Virus record (IMG/VR): IMGVR_UViG_3300032523_001141
Coordinates: 1-64,000 of that record
Source: a virus
DNA length: 64,000 bases
Strand: one strand, 5' to 3'
Part shown: positions 24,482-34,804 of the stretch, one piece after another
How positions within the stretch are numbered: the first letter of the stretch is position 1
Layout of the letters: every line of letters begins with the position of its first letter
Notes under the pieces: model-generated
Told to the model about the DNA's origin: nothing
Seen by the model: the letters and a program-made list of their open reading frames with translations, nothing else
Databases searched by the model: none
Position numbers and translations under genes: made by a program

Positions 24482-24884
24482 GGTGTCCGTTCCTCTGACT
24501 AATTTTGCGTTTTCCGCGGTTGTAAAGCTCTAACAGATTATACGATATGGTCTCCAGGGGCGGCAGCACCGGCTCAACTACGATCTCGCCGGAGCTGAGG
24601 TCTAAAAACCCGTAGCAACCAGACCACACGCAATATAGACCGTCTACTAAACAGATTTGCGTAAATTGCGCGTCTGCTGCCCCGCGCCACGCCGCGGCTG
24701 ATTCAGTCAAAATTAAAGCGCGTTGCTCTGCCGTTAAATTAATACTTTCCAGCATTTCTGCCAGCAGCAGGGCCATCAATAAAACCGGCGCTGGCTCGGC
24801 GTCGTGCTCCGGAATTTGCTGGTTTACGGTCGCTAAAATATTGCGTATCTGCAGCTTGCTGAGTTTAATGACCTCAGTTACCAT
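24399..24884 (-). CDS. hypothetical protein
   Basis: Probable start MVTEVIK at 24884; the upstream extension is antisense to the plus-strand gene. Confidence 0.6.
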   Translation of the reverse strand: MVTEVIKLSKLQIRNILATVNQQIPEHDAEPAPVLLMALLLAEMLESINLTAEQRALILTESAAAWRGAADAQFTQICLVDGLYCVWSGCYGFLDLSSGEIVVEPVLPPLETISYNLLELYNRGKRKISQRNGHHADRRQNSERDVEKPADVRDCPADSVS

Positions 24885-24921
24885 ATGCCATGTGATCAGT
24901 TCTTCGTTACTGGAGGTTTCC

Positions 24922-25197
24922 ATGCTTTCGATCCTTGACGATTTAACTCGGCTATCCAACAACCGCGGCGACTTTGTAGTGCAGGGAGATGATATCGAAA
25001 CGATAATGGCAGCGTCAACGTCACACATCGTCTTGCAGAAAGCCGCTGAACAGGGCCTAAACCGCCCGGGTGTCTCTAACGCTAGCGGACCGTATCCTGT
25101 TGACGCGGACGGCAAGTGCGACGACGAACTGATGCTCCGAAAGCGCGGACCTGTGGTTGGCTACCGGCGCGACTTTGTCGTGCTCGCAGGCCTTTAA
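24922..25197 (+). CDS. hypothetical protein
   Basis: GGAGG RBS before ATG 24922; followed by a terminator. Confidence 0.75.
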   Translation: MLSILDDLTRLSNNRGDFVVQGDDIETIMAASTSHIVLQKAAEQGLNRPGVSNASGPYPVDADGKCDDELMLRKRGPVVGYRRDFVVLAGL

Positions 25198-25230
25198 TCA
25201 CTCGGCGGCGATCGTAGCTCCAGCTTTGAA

Positions 25231-25270
25231 TGCGACACACCCATGTGTTTTGGGTGTGTCGCAGCTTTTC
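25231..25270 (+). terminator. terminator between convergent genes
   Basis: TGCGACACACCCA/TGGGTGTGTCGCA 13-bp perfect stem, then GCTTTT. Confidence 0.7.
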
Positions 25271-25282
25271 GTACTTATTGCG

Positions 25283-25759
25283 CTACTCGTGCCCAAATTT
25301 CTTAATGTGCGCTAGTCGAGCAGCATAAAACTGCGCGATCATTAGCGAGACGTCTTCAAAGTTTTTTACGATGTCCGGCAAAATTTTAGAGTGAAAAATT
25401 TTATTGACAGTTTTTTGCAGCTCCTCGATTGCCGCTTGTGTGTAGCGCGCTTCGGCTGCCCGCATCGTAGCTTCTCGAATTTCTGGTGACTGATCGAGGA
25501 GTATCTGCAAATACTTTGGGCAAATAAACTGCGCATCATGCCCGTAACGCAGCATTGTTTTGGCCGTCTCCTGCGGCGCGCGAAACGCTGGCTGCCCGGC
25601 GTCTGGGTCTTTTTTGTTTTCAGACTTCGGATCTGGCGCCCGCAAACTGCGTAACTCCCAGTTATACGCTTCGGCGCTTTCATTTGGCGGCGGCATGAGA
25701 TAAGCAGCTTTCGGCGCTGCTTTTTTATCGGGGTCTTTCAATGAACGCTTTTTAGCCAT
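25283..25759 (-). CDS. hypothetical protein
   Basis: GAGG RBS; 158 aa. Confidence 0.7.
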   Translation of the reverse strand: MAKKRSLKDPDKKAAPKAAYLMPPPNESAEAYNWELRSLRAPDPKSENKKDPDAGQPAFRAPQETAKTMLRYGHDAQFICPKYLQILLDQSPEIREATMRAAEARYTQAAIEELQKTVNKIFHSKILPDIVKNFEDVSLMIAQFYAARLAHIKKFGHE

Positions 25760-25792
25760 AAAACCTCAATAGCTAAGGAAAATCGAGAATAG

Positions 25793-25876
25793 CTAAACCA
25801 ATGTCAAGGTCGTACCGGCGAGCATTTGCAAAAATATATTATTTGCAAATGTCGCGGTACAGACCTTGACATTTAG
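25793..25876. repeat. long imperfect inverted repeat (~35-bp arms)
   Basis: AATGTCAAGGTC-GTACC-GGCGA-GCATTTGCAAA / TTTGCAAATG-TCGC-GGTAC-A-GACCTTGACATT around an AT-only loop. Confidence 0.85.
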
Positions 25877-26122
25877 TTAGTAGGGCGTAATCGGCGCTTG
25901 CGAGTTGAGCCGCAAGCATAGCAAGTAGTGATCGCACTGCATGGCGACTACTGGCGCTTCAGACGGCGCGCAATCTTCAATCAACTTATTTCGCAACCAC
26001 CGATCCTGCTGGAGCGGCTCGTGCGGATATGCCTCGACGGCCTTGTCGTGAAGTTTCGCGACAAGGCTATCAATCCTTTTAATAAGCGGCCGATCAAGAG
26101 CCGCAGAGACACCAAGTTGCAT
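25877..26122 (-). CDS. hypothetical protein
   Basis: CACGGAGG RBS before ATG 26122 (MQLGVSAALD). Confidence 0.65.
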   Translation of the reverse strand: MQLGVSAALDRPLIKRIDSLVAKLHDKAVEAYPHEPLQQDRWLRNKLIEDCAPSEAPVVAMQCDHYLLCLRLNSQAPITPY

Positions 26123-26170
26123 TTGAACCTCCGTGACAAGCAGAGCGCGCCGTTGACAACAAACAATAGC

Positions 26171-26185
26171 GCATCTAATATGCCA
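26171..26185 (-). promoter_or_regulatory. possible sigma54 -24/-12 element
   Basis: TGGCATATTAGATGC has GG and GC at canonical spacing, ~50 nt before ATG 26122. Confidence 0.3.
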
Positions 26186-26208
26186 CGATTTTGCTAAAAA
26201 TTTAGCTG

Positions 26209-26511
26209 TTAAAAAGTGGTTGTTAAAGTTTGACCAGTAGCCGACACTGAGACGACTTTTACTTGCGCGGCGTCTAGTAGCTCCTTTAGCTTTATGCGAT
26301 TTTCTTGGCTCATGCCAGACAGGCACGTTTTAATTGCGCGTAGGGCTGCGCGTTGTTTATCCGCGCGGGCCTTAGCGCAAGAGCCGCAGCCGGTTGAGGC
26401 TGGCATTATCGCGTCTTTCTGTCCAGATAGGCACGGTAGCGCACTGGTGAACTTTTCATCTTGCACCATGCGGGCTATCGTGCTGTCTTCAATTACAACA
26501 ATTGGTTTCAT
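26209..26511 (-). CDS. hypothetical protein with CGSC motif
   Basis: Start MKPIVVIE at 26511, just after the upstream stop. Confidence 0.7.
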   Translation of the reverse strand: MKPIVVIEDSTIARMVQDEKFTSALPCLSGQKDAIMPASTGCGSCAKARADKQRAALRAIKTCLSGMSQENRIKLKELLDAAQVKVVSVSATGQTLTTTF

Positions 26512-26515
26512 AGTG

Positions 26516-27058
26516 TCACAAGCTTGAACCGCTGGATGAGCTGCTCGTGTTAGGCTCGCCCCCAAGCCAGATTTCTCCGGCGGGTTCAATACGATCCATC
26601 AATTCGAGTGTTTCTCGTAAGCTGTAAACATCAGCAGCAACATCGCGCACAAAAGCGTAAACTTCTGTCCGAGACCGCACTACGACGTCTACATAGTTTA
26701 ATCGAAACCACTCTGGCCGGTCGCCCGGAATTGGCTCGTCTTCTGGAAACTCTTCTAGGTCGGCGGGCGAGCACACATGATCGAAAGAGCCGACGCGCTC
26801 ATTCTCGCCCGGCTTTAGCGGTAACATAAGATAGGCGAATACTTTGTCCGGCATAAGCGCGGCGTCGTCTGCCTCTATGCGCACCCGGATTCCGTCAGTG
26901 CTGTGGTAGTTGTAACGGCTGACGTACCATGACAAATGTATACGCCGGCCTGACGCAGTGCTGTTTGCGACAGGCAGCTCCGGCTGCGCAAACTGCTGGC
27001 CTATAAAGCGGTCAAGCTCGACAAGATCAGCGTCTGTTAAAGGGTTGCATTGGCTCAT
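26516..27058 (-). CDS. putative virion/tail-associated protein with poly-Ser C-tail
   Basis: ATGA-like overlap with the upstream gene; ends TSSSSSGSSL. Confidence 0.7.
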   Translation of the reverse strand: MSQCNPLTDADLVELDRFIGQQFAQPELPVANSTASGRRIHLSWYVSRYNYHSTDGIRVRIEADDAALMPDKVFAYLMLPLKPGENERVGSFDHVCSPADLEEFPEDEPIPGDRPEWFRLNYVDVVVRSRTEVYAFVRDVAADVYSLRETLELMDRIEPAGEIWLGGEPNTSSSSSGSSL

Positions 27059-27552
27059 TTAGTTTCTTCTTTACTGGCTTCAACGGCTTGGGCGGCTTGA
27101 ACTCGTTTGGCCGCGGTAATAGCCCGCTGAATAAGGATTTTTGTAGGATACGCTAAGAACGGCAATTTACGTTTAGTTGCTTCTTCCTTCAACCAGCCCA
27201 CAATTTCGGTAATATTTTGTTCGCACCACTCTATGCCCATTTCGTCCATTTTCTTTGCGCGAGCGTTGCACGAGCAATTTGGCGTGGCTTTTATTCCAAC
27301 TTTAGATAGCAGCCTTTTTAATTGAGTACCGGGCCCAGCTAGATTTAACTGCGCAATAGGCGTTGGGGGCGGCACGACGGCGGTGGGCGTGGGCGCTGCT
27401 TTTTGGCCGCATTCTGGCATCTTTTCCGCAATAGCTTGAAACTGATCTTTTAAGACTTTTGGGATAGTTGTTTTTTTAGCGCAGTTCTTGCACTGAAAAC
27501 ACACAAATTTTTCAGGTACTTTTGCGGGTATCTCTACAAAGTCACAACGCAT
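27055..27552 (-). CDS. Cys-motif protein (CxxCxxC plus GPGT...CSC domain)
   Basis: GGAGG RBS; GPGTQLKRLLSKVGIKATPNCSCNARAKKMD...WLKEEA, a pattern recalled from freshwater Planctomycete-type phages. Confidence 0.75.
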   Translation of the reverse strand: MRCDFVEIPAKVPEKFVCFQCKNCAKKTTIPKVLKDQFQAIAEKMPECGQKAAPTPTAVVPPPTPIAQLNLAGPGTQLKRLLSKVGIKATPNCSCNARAKKMDEMGIEWCEQNITEIVGWLKEEATKRKLPFLAYPTKILIQRAITAAKRVQAAQAVEASKEETK

Positions 27553-27582
27553 CGCGTCCTCCTGCGGTTAAACAGCTTTCAA

Positions 27583-27610
27583 AGCATAATTTTAATTGGC
27601 AGTTTGTCAA
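27583..27610 (-). promoter_or_regulatory. sigma70-type promoter
   Basis: TTGACA-16 bp-TATGCT, 30 nt upstream of ATG 27552. Confidence 0.55.
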
Positions 27611-27633
27611 TCTAAAACGTCGCGGCTACGCTA

Positions 27634-29823
27634 CTAAGGGCAAACAATAGTCACTGGCGTATTATTGCACGGCCCGGCTACGGTGGGGTCGCAGGCGCCA
27701 GCTGTGTCGCATGTCACTGTGCCGTATATTGTGCCGCCTTGTCGTTTTGCTGCAATATTAAAGCTAGCGTTACAGCGTATAATTCCGCTAGCCAGCACGG
27801 CTGAATCGTTAAAGGAAGCGGCGCCATTAATTTCGCCGCTTTCATTAAATGAGTAGCCGTAAAAGCTCGCGGCACCATTTACAACGCCGTAATTGCCTGC
27901 AAAATTCGAAAAAATAGCGTTACCGTTTATCGTGCCTACGCGCGCCGGCGAAACAGTATTGTTTCTGTTTAATATCGCATTGCCGTTAAACCGAGCAGTG
28001 CCGAGCACGTTCACTGTAATTTCTAAAGCCAACACTGGGCCGGCTTCTTCGTGCCACAAATCTTTTACGCACGGCGTTGGGCCAGTGTTTTTGTCTATTT
28101 GATACAGCAGCTTAACGGTATCTACCGCTGTTGGTAGCGTTGTAGGCGTCGGGCCCGTCGGGGTCGATACGTGCCAGTTTGCTATTATGTTCCAGTCTGT
28201 GCTGTTGCTACCGCCGGCAGTTCCGGTGAAATACAGTGTGCGCGCTACGGGGGTGGGCGCGCCGCTGCTTTGGCTGAAGACACTACTGCTAGAACTACTA
28301 GAGCTACTTTGGCTAGAACTACTAGAGCTACTCTGGCTAGAGCTACTAGAGCTACTTTGGCTAGAGCTACTAGAGCTACTTTGGCTAGAACTACTAGAGC
28401 TACTTTGGCTAGAGCTACTAGAGCTACTTTGGCTAGAGCTACTAGAGCTACTTTGGCTAGAACTACTAGAGCTACTCTGGCTAGAACTACTAGAGCTACT
28501 CTGGTTAGCGCTAATAGAACTGCTAAAGCTATTGCTGCTAGAGCTGCTTGACCCCGTATTTTCGCCAATCGTTATCGTAACCGCACCGTTGCAGTTTGTG
28601 TCCGTTAATCCAGAGCAATTTATTGCTGTTGCGCACAGTGGAAATACGTATGTCCCGGGCGGCGCTGTTTCAAACGATATACCAAGCACAGCCAAAAATT
28701 GTTCAGCACTTACTGTAAAAGTTGCTGGATAATCGGCGGCAGTTATGACTCCAGAGTTTAACGTGTACTCTACGGGCGGGTCGAATTGCGTCGTAAAAAA
28801 TGTCCAAGAAGTTTGATTTGCTTCAGCTTCTGCGGCGTTGCTTACGATAATACTGACATTGATAAAGTCGCCGGGCCCAAAACTGTTCAGCGGCGTGCCA
28901 GTCCCGGTGCCGCCAGAAAAAGTAATCGGCGTGAACGTCGTTGTATTGCAACTGCTGCTAGAGCTCGACGAAACATCAGAGCTAGAGCTAGAGCTGGAGT
29001 TTGATGACGCGCACGGGCCGGGGCACGCCGGCGGAATAAATTCCGGAGGAAGCGGCGCCTGCTCAAAACCACAAGCTGTTTGATTAAATATGAAAAGTGC
29101 TTGTGCTTTTATTACAGGGCCGCCTGTACTGCAATCGCAGTCGTCGCACCATTCATACGTCATAAATGAGCCGGCGCAACCAACACCTGTAACGCGCATT
29201 GAATAAACTTGCTCACCACAAATTGTTTCTGTGGTATCGCTTAGCCCGTCGAATGCCGCGTCGCAGTCACAAGAAGAACTTGACGACCCCGAGGACGTTG
29301 TCCCGCCCGATGAGCTTGACCCGGGTCCGGGTCCGCCGCCACCGTCGTCGCACAATCTCCAAATTATCTCAATTGGAACGCAGTCGCAGCCTCCGGGATT
29401 AAAACCCGGCATGTACGTGATTAGGCCGTACTGCGTACCGTCAGGGCAGAATAACGGCTTGCCGGGCGGACAGGCTGGCACTGGAAAACATGGCGGCGGA
29501 GTACCGCCGCAGTTCATACCGCAATCCGCCCAATTTTGATAAGTTCCACCGTCCTCTACTGAAAAACAATTGCCAGTATTAGGATTACACGAATACCCAA
29601 TTGCTTTGCACACGCCGTTTTTTAAAGTTTTACCGACGGGGCATTTACAAATGCATTGGGGTTTTTTAATTGTTCCGCCGGTGCATTTTGTGTCTAAACA
29701 TTTACACTCGTCGCTATCTGGGTCAACGTCACTGCCCGGACAGCCGCACTGACACTTCTGCTCTGTGTCAAAGCAGGGGTAATCAGGATATTCGTCGCAA
29801 TTATCTACTTGTACGCAACCCAT
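27634..29823 (-). CDS. modular Cys-rich/poly-Ser protein (putative tail appendage or adhesin)
   Basis: Cys-rich EGF-like-looking N-terminus, several poly-Ser linkers, C-terminal DWNIIANW...LPTAVDTV with GNAxF beta-helix repeats. Confidence 0.8.
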   Translation of the reverse strand: MGCVQVDNCDEYPDYPCFDTEQKCQCGCPGSDVDPDSDECKCLDTKCTGGTIKKPQCICKCPVGKTLKNGVCKAIGYSCNPNTGNCFSVEDGGTYQNWADCGMNCGGTPPPCFPVPACPPGKPLFCPDGTQYGLITYMPGFNPGGCDCVPIEIIWRLCDDGGGGPGPGSSSSGGTTSSGSSSSSCDCDAAFDGLSDTTETICGEQVYSMRVTGVGCAGSFMTYEWCDDCDCSTGGPVIKAQALFIFNQTACGFEQAPLPPEFIPPACPGPCASSNSSSSSSSDVSSSSSSSCNTTTFTPITFSGGTGTGTPLNSFGPGDFINVSIIVSNAAEAEANQTSWTFFTTQFDPPVEYTLNSGVITAADYPATFTVSAEQFLAVLGISFETAPPGTYVFPLCATAINCSGLTDTNCNGAVTITIGENTGSSSSSSNSFSSSISANQSSSSSSSQSSSSSSSQSSSSSSSQSSSSSSSQSSSSSSSQSSSSSSSQSSSSSSSQSSSSSSSQSSSSSSSSSVFSQSSGAPTPVARTLYFTGTAGGSNSTDWNIIANWHVSTPTGPTPTTLPTAVDTVKLLYQIDKNTGPTPCVKDLWHEEAGPVLALEITVNVLGTARFNGNAILNRNNTVSPARVGTINGNAIFSNFAGNYGVVNGAASFYGYSFNESGEINGAASFNDSAVLASGIIRCNASFNIAAKRQGGTIYGTVTCDTAGACDPTVAGPCNNTPVTIVCP
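28282..28503. repeat. 24-nt tandem repeat, about 9 copies, encoding (QSSSSSSS)n
   Basis: Unit CT(T/C)TGGCTAGA(A/G)CTACTAGAGCTA repeated. Confidence 0.9.
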
Positions 29824-29826
29824 AAT

Positions 29827-30101
29827 TTAATTATCGCAAATATAGGGTAAACTATAAAAAGTATTTACCGGCATTAATTTTAACATTTCAGCGGCCGAAG
29901 TTGACGACATAAAATAGTTATTTCTTGAATGTGTCGGCGCTATGCGCATAGCTTGCGCTGGGCGTGCATGGGGGTATGCTGCGTGCGTCTCGTCAACGGT
30001 GATAGAGTCGCCATCCTCGCTGACGACGCACGGCCGCACCTCGTCGAGCGTGTAGCCACGTTCTTTGCAGCGAGCCAACAAGTGGTCTAGGCGGCACACA
30101 A

Positions 30102-30105
<4 letters not shown>
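29827..30105 (-). CDS. hypothetical protein, possibly truncated or chimeric
   Basis: ATGA coupling; N-half CRLDHLLARCKERGYTLDEVRPCVV..DGD.ITVDETHAAYP is GC-rich, C-half is AT-rich and poorly protein-like. Confidence 0.6.
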
Positions 30106-31226
<1,121 letters not shown>

Positions 31227-31275
31227 AACAACATATACGCTAGTTTAAAATTTAAATTTTACGGCGCCGTCAAAA

Positions 31276-33054
31276 TTAAATTGGTATTGGATTGCAATAC
31301 GTTCCAGGCGGGCAGCCCGGCGGGCATGGGTCCGCGCCGCAGTTTGCCGGAGGATCCGGATCGCTACTGGAGGACCCACCACCACCGCCGCCGCCTGTAG
31401 AGCACGCTGACGTGTTGAGCGTGATCGTAGCCGATAGTTGCGGCGAGCACGGGTCATCGTTATTAACGATAATGTGACCAGACCCGAAACTTCCCAGACT
31501 AATCGCGCCGCCGGCAACACGCGGATTTGTGGGCCAAATAATTTCTGCGTGTATTTCTTGATTTCCGTCGACGTCTTTGTCTGACACGATAAGTGTACAC
31601 TCCGGGTCGGCATCGCAAACAGTTCTTGTAATTGTGGTTTTGCCCGCAATTAATTTGCCGCCGGGCGGGGGCACTGTTACAAACAAGTAAATTTCAAATT
31701 CGCACGGGTTACGCCCGTTCGGCACAGCCGACACTGGCAATATTCGAATATCGTTTATCGCAAAATTGTTACCGACAGAGTAGACCGTGTTAGCGTATCT
31801 AAATATGGGGCACGGTATTTTTGGAATCGGTATAACTAAATCGAGTTTAATATCAAATTGGCACGTGTCAGGTGTGTCGAAATCGCCTGGCGTAATAACC
31901 GGCGTTGTGTACAGTCGTGATTGATACGGACGTGGCTCGTCTTCGTATACAACGGCTACGCTAACTGGTTGCTCTGGGAATGTCGGGCATACTGGCCGCG
32001 GTATAGGTAGATTTAGGTCTAACGTAAAATCAAACTGGCACGTGTCCGGCGTATTGCATCCATTGCCCGGAATTTCTGTCGTAGTTACGGTTAGTTTGTT
32101 TTGCCCAGTAATGAAATTTGCGTAACCAATGTTTACATTTACCGGTTGTTGATAATTAATCACCGGGCAACGAGGCGCCGGAATTGGGATGTTTAAATCA
32201 AGGTCAAAATCAAACTGGCATGTGTCAGGCGTATTGCATCCGTCGCCCGGCACGTCTGTCGTAGTTACGGTTAGTTTATTTTGGCCAGTAACGCAATTTG
32301 CATAACCAGTTTTTACAGTTACGGTTTGCTCTGTGTTGATCACCGGGCAACGAGGCGCTGGAATCGGGATGTTTAAATCGAGGTCAAAATCAAACTGGCA
32401 CGTGTCCGGCGTATTGCACCCATCGCCCAGGACTTCTACTGTAGTTACAGTCAACTTGTTTTGACCGGTAACGCAATTTGCATAACCAGTTTTTACAGTT
32501 ACGGTTTGCTCGTTGTTAATTATTGGGCAACGAGGCGCCGGAATTGGGATGTTTAAATCAAGGTCTATGTCAAAAGAACACGTGTCGTCATTTTCGCAAT
32601 CGCCCGCGGTTGCCGTGACCTCAAGTTTGTTTTTAGTAGTAAAGCAGCTTGATTTGTTGAATGCTGTCGTTACTGTTACTTTTGCCGGGTTGAACACAGG
32701 GCATGGTGGCGCTGGAATAGGAATATCCAGATCAAGCCCAATTAAAAATTCGCACCCAATTGTTTGCGTAACAACAATTCCTCCGCGAGCGCTTTCAGAG
32801 CTATTGCTACTGTCGCACCGCGTTTGTTGGCGCACAGAAACAGTTACGTTGCCGGGACTAATGTCTGGGCAAAACTCATCCGCCGGCGGTACAAATGGCG
32901 GGCAGGTTGGGAGGTCGCAGTCGTAGATCGGCGGGGGAGGCGGTGGGATCGTGCAGTCTGCAATAAATGTAAAATCAACTTTGCACGGAGAATTGATAAT
33001 GCAGCTATTATCAAACAGCGCGACCGGGCACGACGATGATGAGGAGCTGGGCAT
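31276..33054 (-). CDS. Cys/Pro-rich repeat protein (putative fibre shaft)
   Basis: Begins MPSSSSSSC; six C-x-F-x3-LDL-x-(I/L)PIP-x3-CP repeats. Confidence 0.8.
   Translation of the reverse strand: MPSSSSSSCPVALFDNSCIINSPCKVDFTFIADCTIPPPPPPIYDCDLPTCPPFVPPADEFCPDISPGNVTVSVRQQTRCDSSNSSESARGGIVVTQTIGCEFLIGLDLDIPIPAPPCPVFNPAKVTVTTAFNKSSCFTTKNKLEVTATAGDCENDDTCSFDIDLDLNIPIPAPRCPIINNEQTVTVKTGYANCVTGQNKLTVTTVEVLGDGCNTPDTCQFDFDLDLNIPIPAPRCPVINTEQTVTVKTGYANCVTGQNKLTVTTTDVPGDGCNTPDTCQFDFDLDLNIPIPAPRCPVINYQQPVNVNIGYANFITGQNKLTVTTTEIPGNGCNTPDTCQFDFTLDLNLPIPRPVCPTFPEQPVSVAVVYEDEPRPYQSRLYTTPVITPGDFDTPDTCQFDIKLDLVIPIPKIPCPIFRYANTVYSVGNNFAINDIRILPVSAVPNGRNPCEFEIYLFVTVPPPGGKLIAGKTTITRTVCDADPECTLIVSDKDVDGNQEIHAEIIWPTNPRVAGGAISLGSFGSGHIIVNNDDPCSPQLSATITLNTSACSTGGGGGGGSSSSDPDPPANCGADPCPPGCPPGTYCNPIPI
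32001..32580. repeat. 180-nt tandem repeat, about 3 near-identical copies (60-aa unit)
   Basis: Lines at 32041, 32221 and 32401 align at a 180-nt period. Confidence 0.9.
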
Positions 33055-33059
33055 GACGA

Positions 33060-34001
33060 TTAGCAATTCTTCGAAATGACATTGTCTGATACGGTTATGT
33101 TTAGTGTGCTTAGTTCAGGGTCTGTCACTATTTGAATACCAGTACCGGGGATCAGGTTTACGTTAGGCCCCGGTAGCCCGTTAATCGATGTAATAACCTC
33201 ATTGCAGGCCGGGCCGCCGCTTAAAAACTGACTGCGCGGGTCGCCGTTGTCGTCAACAGGCGGCAGCTCGTCGGCAAAAAATTTAAGCTCGCCATTATTT
33301 GCGCATAACTCGGCGGCGGCAGTGCCTGTCGTGTCAGCTCCAAGTAGCGGCGCTATTGTAATTGTGCGCAAATTGTCGTTTTGCATAATCTCACAGTTAA
33401 GTCCGGGAATAAATTTTATGTTGTCTTTTAGGCATTCTTGGTAACTAATGACTTCGCGGGGAGTAGAAGAAGAGCTGGAACTAGTCGCGCACGGCGGTAT
33501 TACCTCGCGCGCGTAATTACCAATATTTATTGACCGTAAATATCCGTTAACCAACGACTGCACTCGGCGCGGTTCGACAACGCGCTCTGTATTGAATACA
33601 AGTGTAGTTCCGTTAATTATTTCAGCGTTGCGAATGTCGCCTGAAACTACGAAACCCTCCCACGCTGGTTCCGTAGCGCAGAACGTGGTGTCGAGTACCG
33701 GGTCGCTATCTACGTGCTCTGTTGTCCACTCTTCTGCGGTATTTGCGCGTGTGAACGTAAGCGGCTTGTCGGAGGCGCCGGGCGCGTTAGTCCGAAACTC
33801 AAATCGATAAACGTCAGCTATTTTTGTAACGCTGTGCAGGTATACAAAGTGCAAAGCGGTGTCAAACCCGCTGTCTATGCCCATGATAAAACCACAGTCC
33901 ACGATAAGCCCTGTAGGCAATACCGCAGCGGCGTACGTCTTTTTATGGACGAACGGAAATTGGCGGTATTCGTTATCGTTATAGAATCCGTCGCGCGGCA
34001 T
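33060..34001 (-). CDS. tail-associated protein, paralogue 5 of the R-x-YPF / ING family
   Basis: FYNDNEYRQFPF ... ITSINGLPGPNVNL. Confidence 0.8.
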   Translation of the reverse strand: MPRDGFYNDNEYRQFPFVHKKTYAAAVLPTGLIVDCGFIMGIDSGFDTALHFVYLHSVTKIADVYRFEFRTNAPGASDKPLTFTRANTAEEWTTEHVDSDPVLDTTFCATEPAWEGFVVSGDIRNAEIINGTTLVFNTERVVEPRRVQSLVNGYLRSINIGNYAREVIPPCATSSSSSSTPREVISYQECLKDNIKFIPGLNCEIMQNDNLRTITIAPLLGADTTGTAAAELCANNGELKFFADELPPVDDNGDPRSQFLSGGPACNEVITSINGLPGPNVNLIPGTGIQIVTDPELSTLNITVSDNVISKNC

Positions 34002-34804
34002 TAAAACACCTTAGAGCCGACAGCAGCTATCTTTAACGTGTTATTTTCAGGATAAACTCTGAGTATAGCGGCTGTCTTAGCCGTACTTATGCCCGGAGCG
34101 TTAGTTGCAACAGTTATTGTAAAATTGCCATATTTATCAGGCTCGCAGCCGTTAATGGTCTTTAAAAAGGTTTTTGGCGTAAAGTCTCCGACGGGGTTTC
34201 CGGCGTCGTCTAGGCATTGAATTCGTTTAAAAAGCGGCTCGCCTACGATATCTACCCGAACCGTATTGTCGGCCTCTGCTCTTAAAACCACGCCCTTTTC
34301 ACCCACCAGCCACGCATCCCCCGTTAAAAGCTCGCCAGACGGCCCTAGAAGGCCGCGAACGCCCGGTTCTTGCGCGGGGATGACTGCGGACGCCACCAGC
34401 TCTGTGGCGGCCTGCGTGAAGGTGTGCACGCCTAGAGGCCACCCGCTCAGCAGGTTCAGGCCTTCCGTCAGGCCGATTATTACCCCGGCGGGCCGTCCGT
34501 ATTTGTCTATTAGCGGTAAGGTCGTGAAATCGCCGCTGGCGAGCTCTAGCGGGGCATACGTCGCCAAGCAGGTGTTTTGCCGGGCGCTGTCGGTGAACCT
34601 AATTGTCACTAAGTTATTATTCATCTCTATACTGGAGATAAATACACCGACCGCGCCGTTAATTGTGTACACACTGACGTCCACAAAACAGTCTTTTGGG
34701 ATATAAAAGCCATCTCGTGACTTTAACGTGGCGCTGTCGTTAAACGGGTACCGCGAGTCGCTCTGCTCATTGCGAAACTCCGGGAATACAATTCTGGCGC
34801 TCAT
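34001..34804 (-). CDS. tail-associated protein, paralogue 4
   Basis: FRNEQSDSRYPFND ... LKTINGCEPDKYGNFTI. Confidence 0.8.
   Translation of the reverse strand: MSARIVFPEFRNEQSDSRYPFNDSATLKSRDGFYIPKDCFVDVSVYTINGAVGVFISSIEMNNNLVTIRFTDSARQNTCLATYAPLELASGDFTTLPLIDKYGRPAGVIIGLTEGLNLLSGWPLGVHTFTQAATELVASAVIPAQEPGVRGLLGPSGELLTGDAWLVGEKGVVLRAEADNTVRVDIVGEPLFKRIQCLDDAGNPVGDFTPKTFLKTINGCEPDKYGNFTITVATNAPGISTAKTAAILRVYPENNTLKIAAVGSKVF

Noticed and set aside
28171-28732. Plus-strand ORFs with LELLELLW/ARATRATL repeats, and a possible CRISPR-like array
   Set aside because: They are antisense shadows of the poly-Ser linker; the repeats are contiguous with no unique spacers
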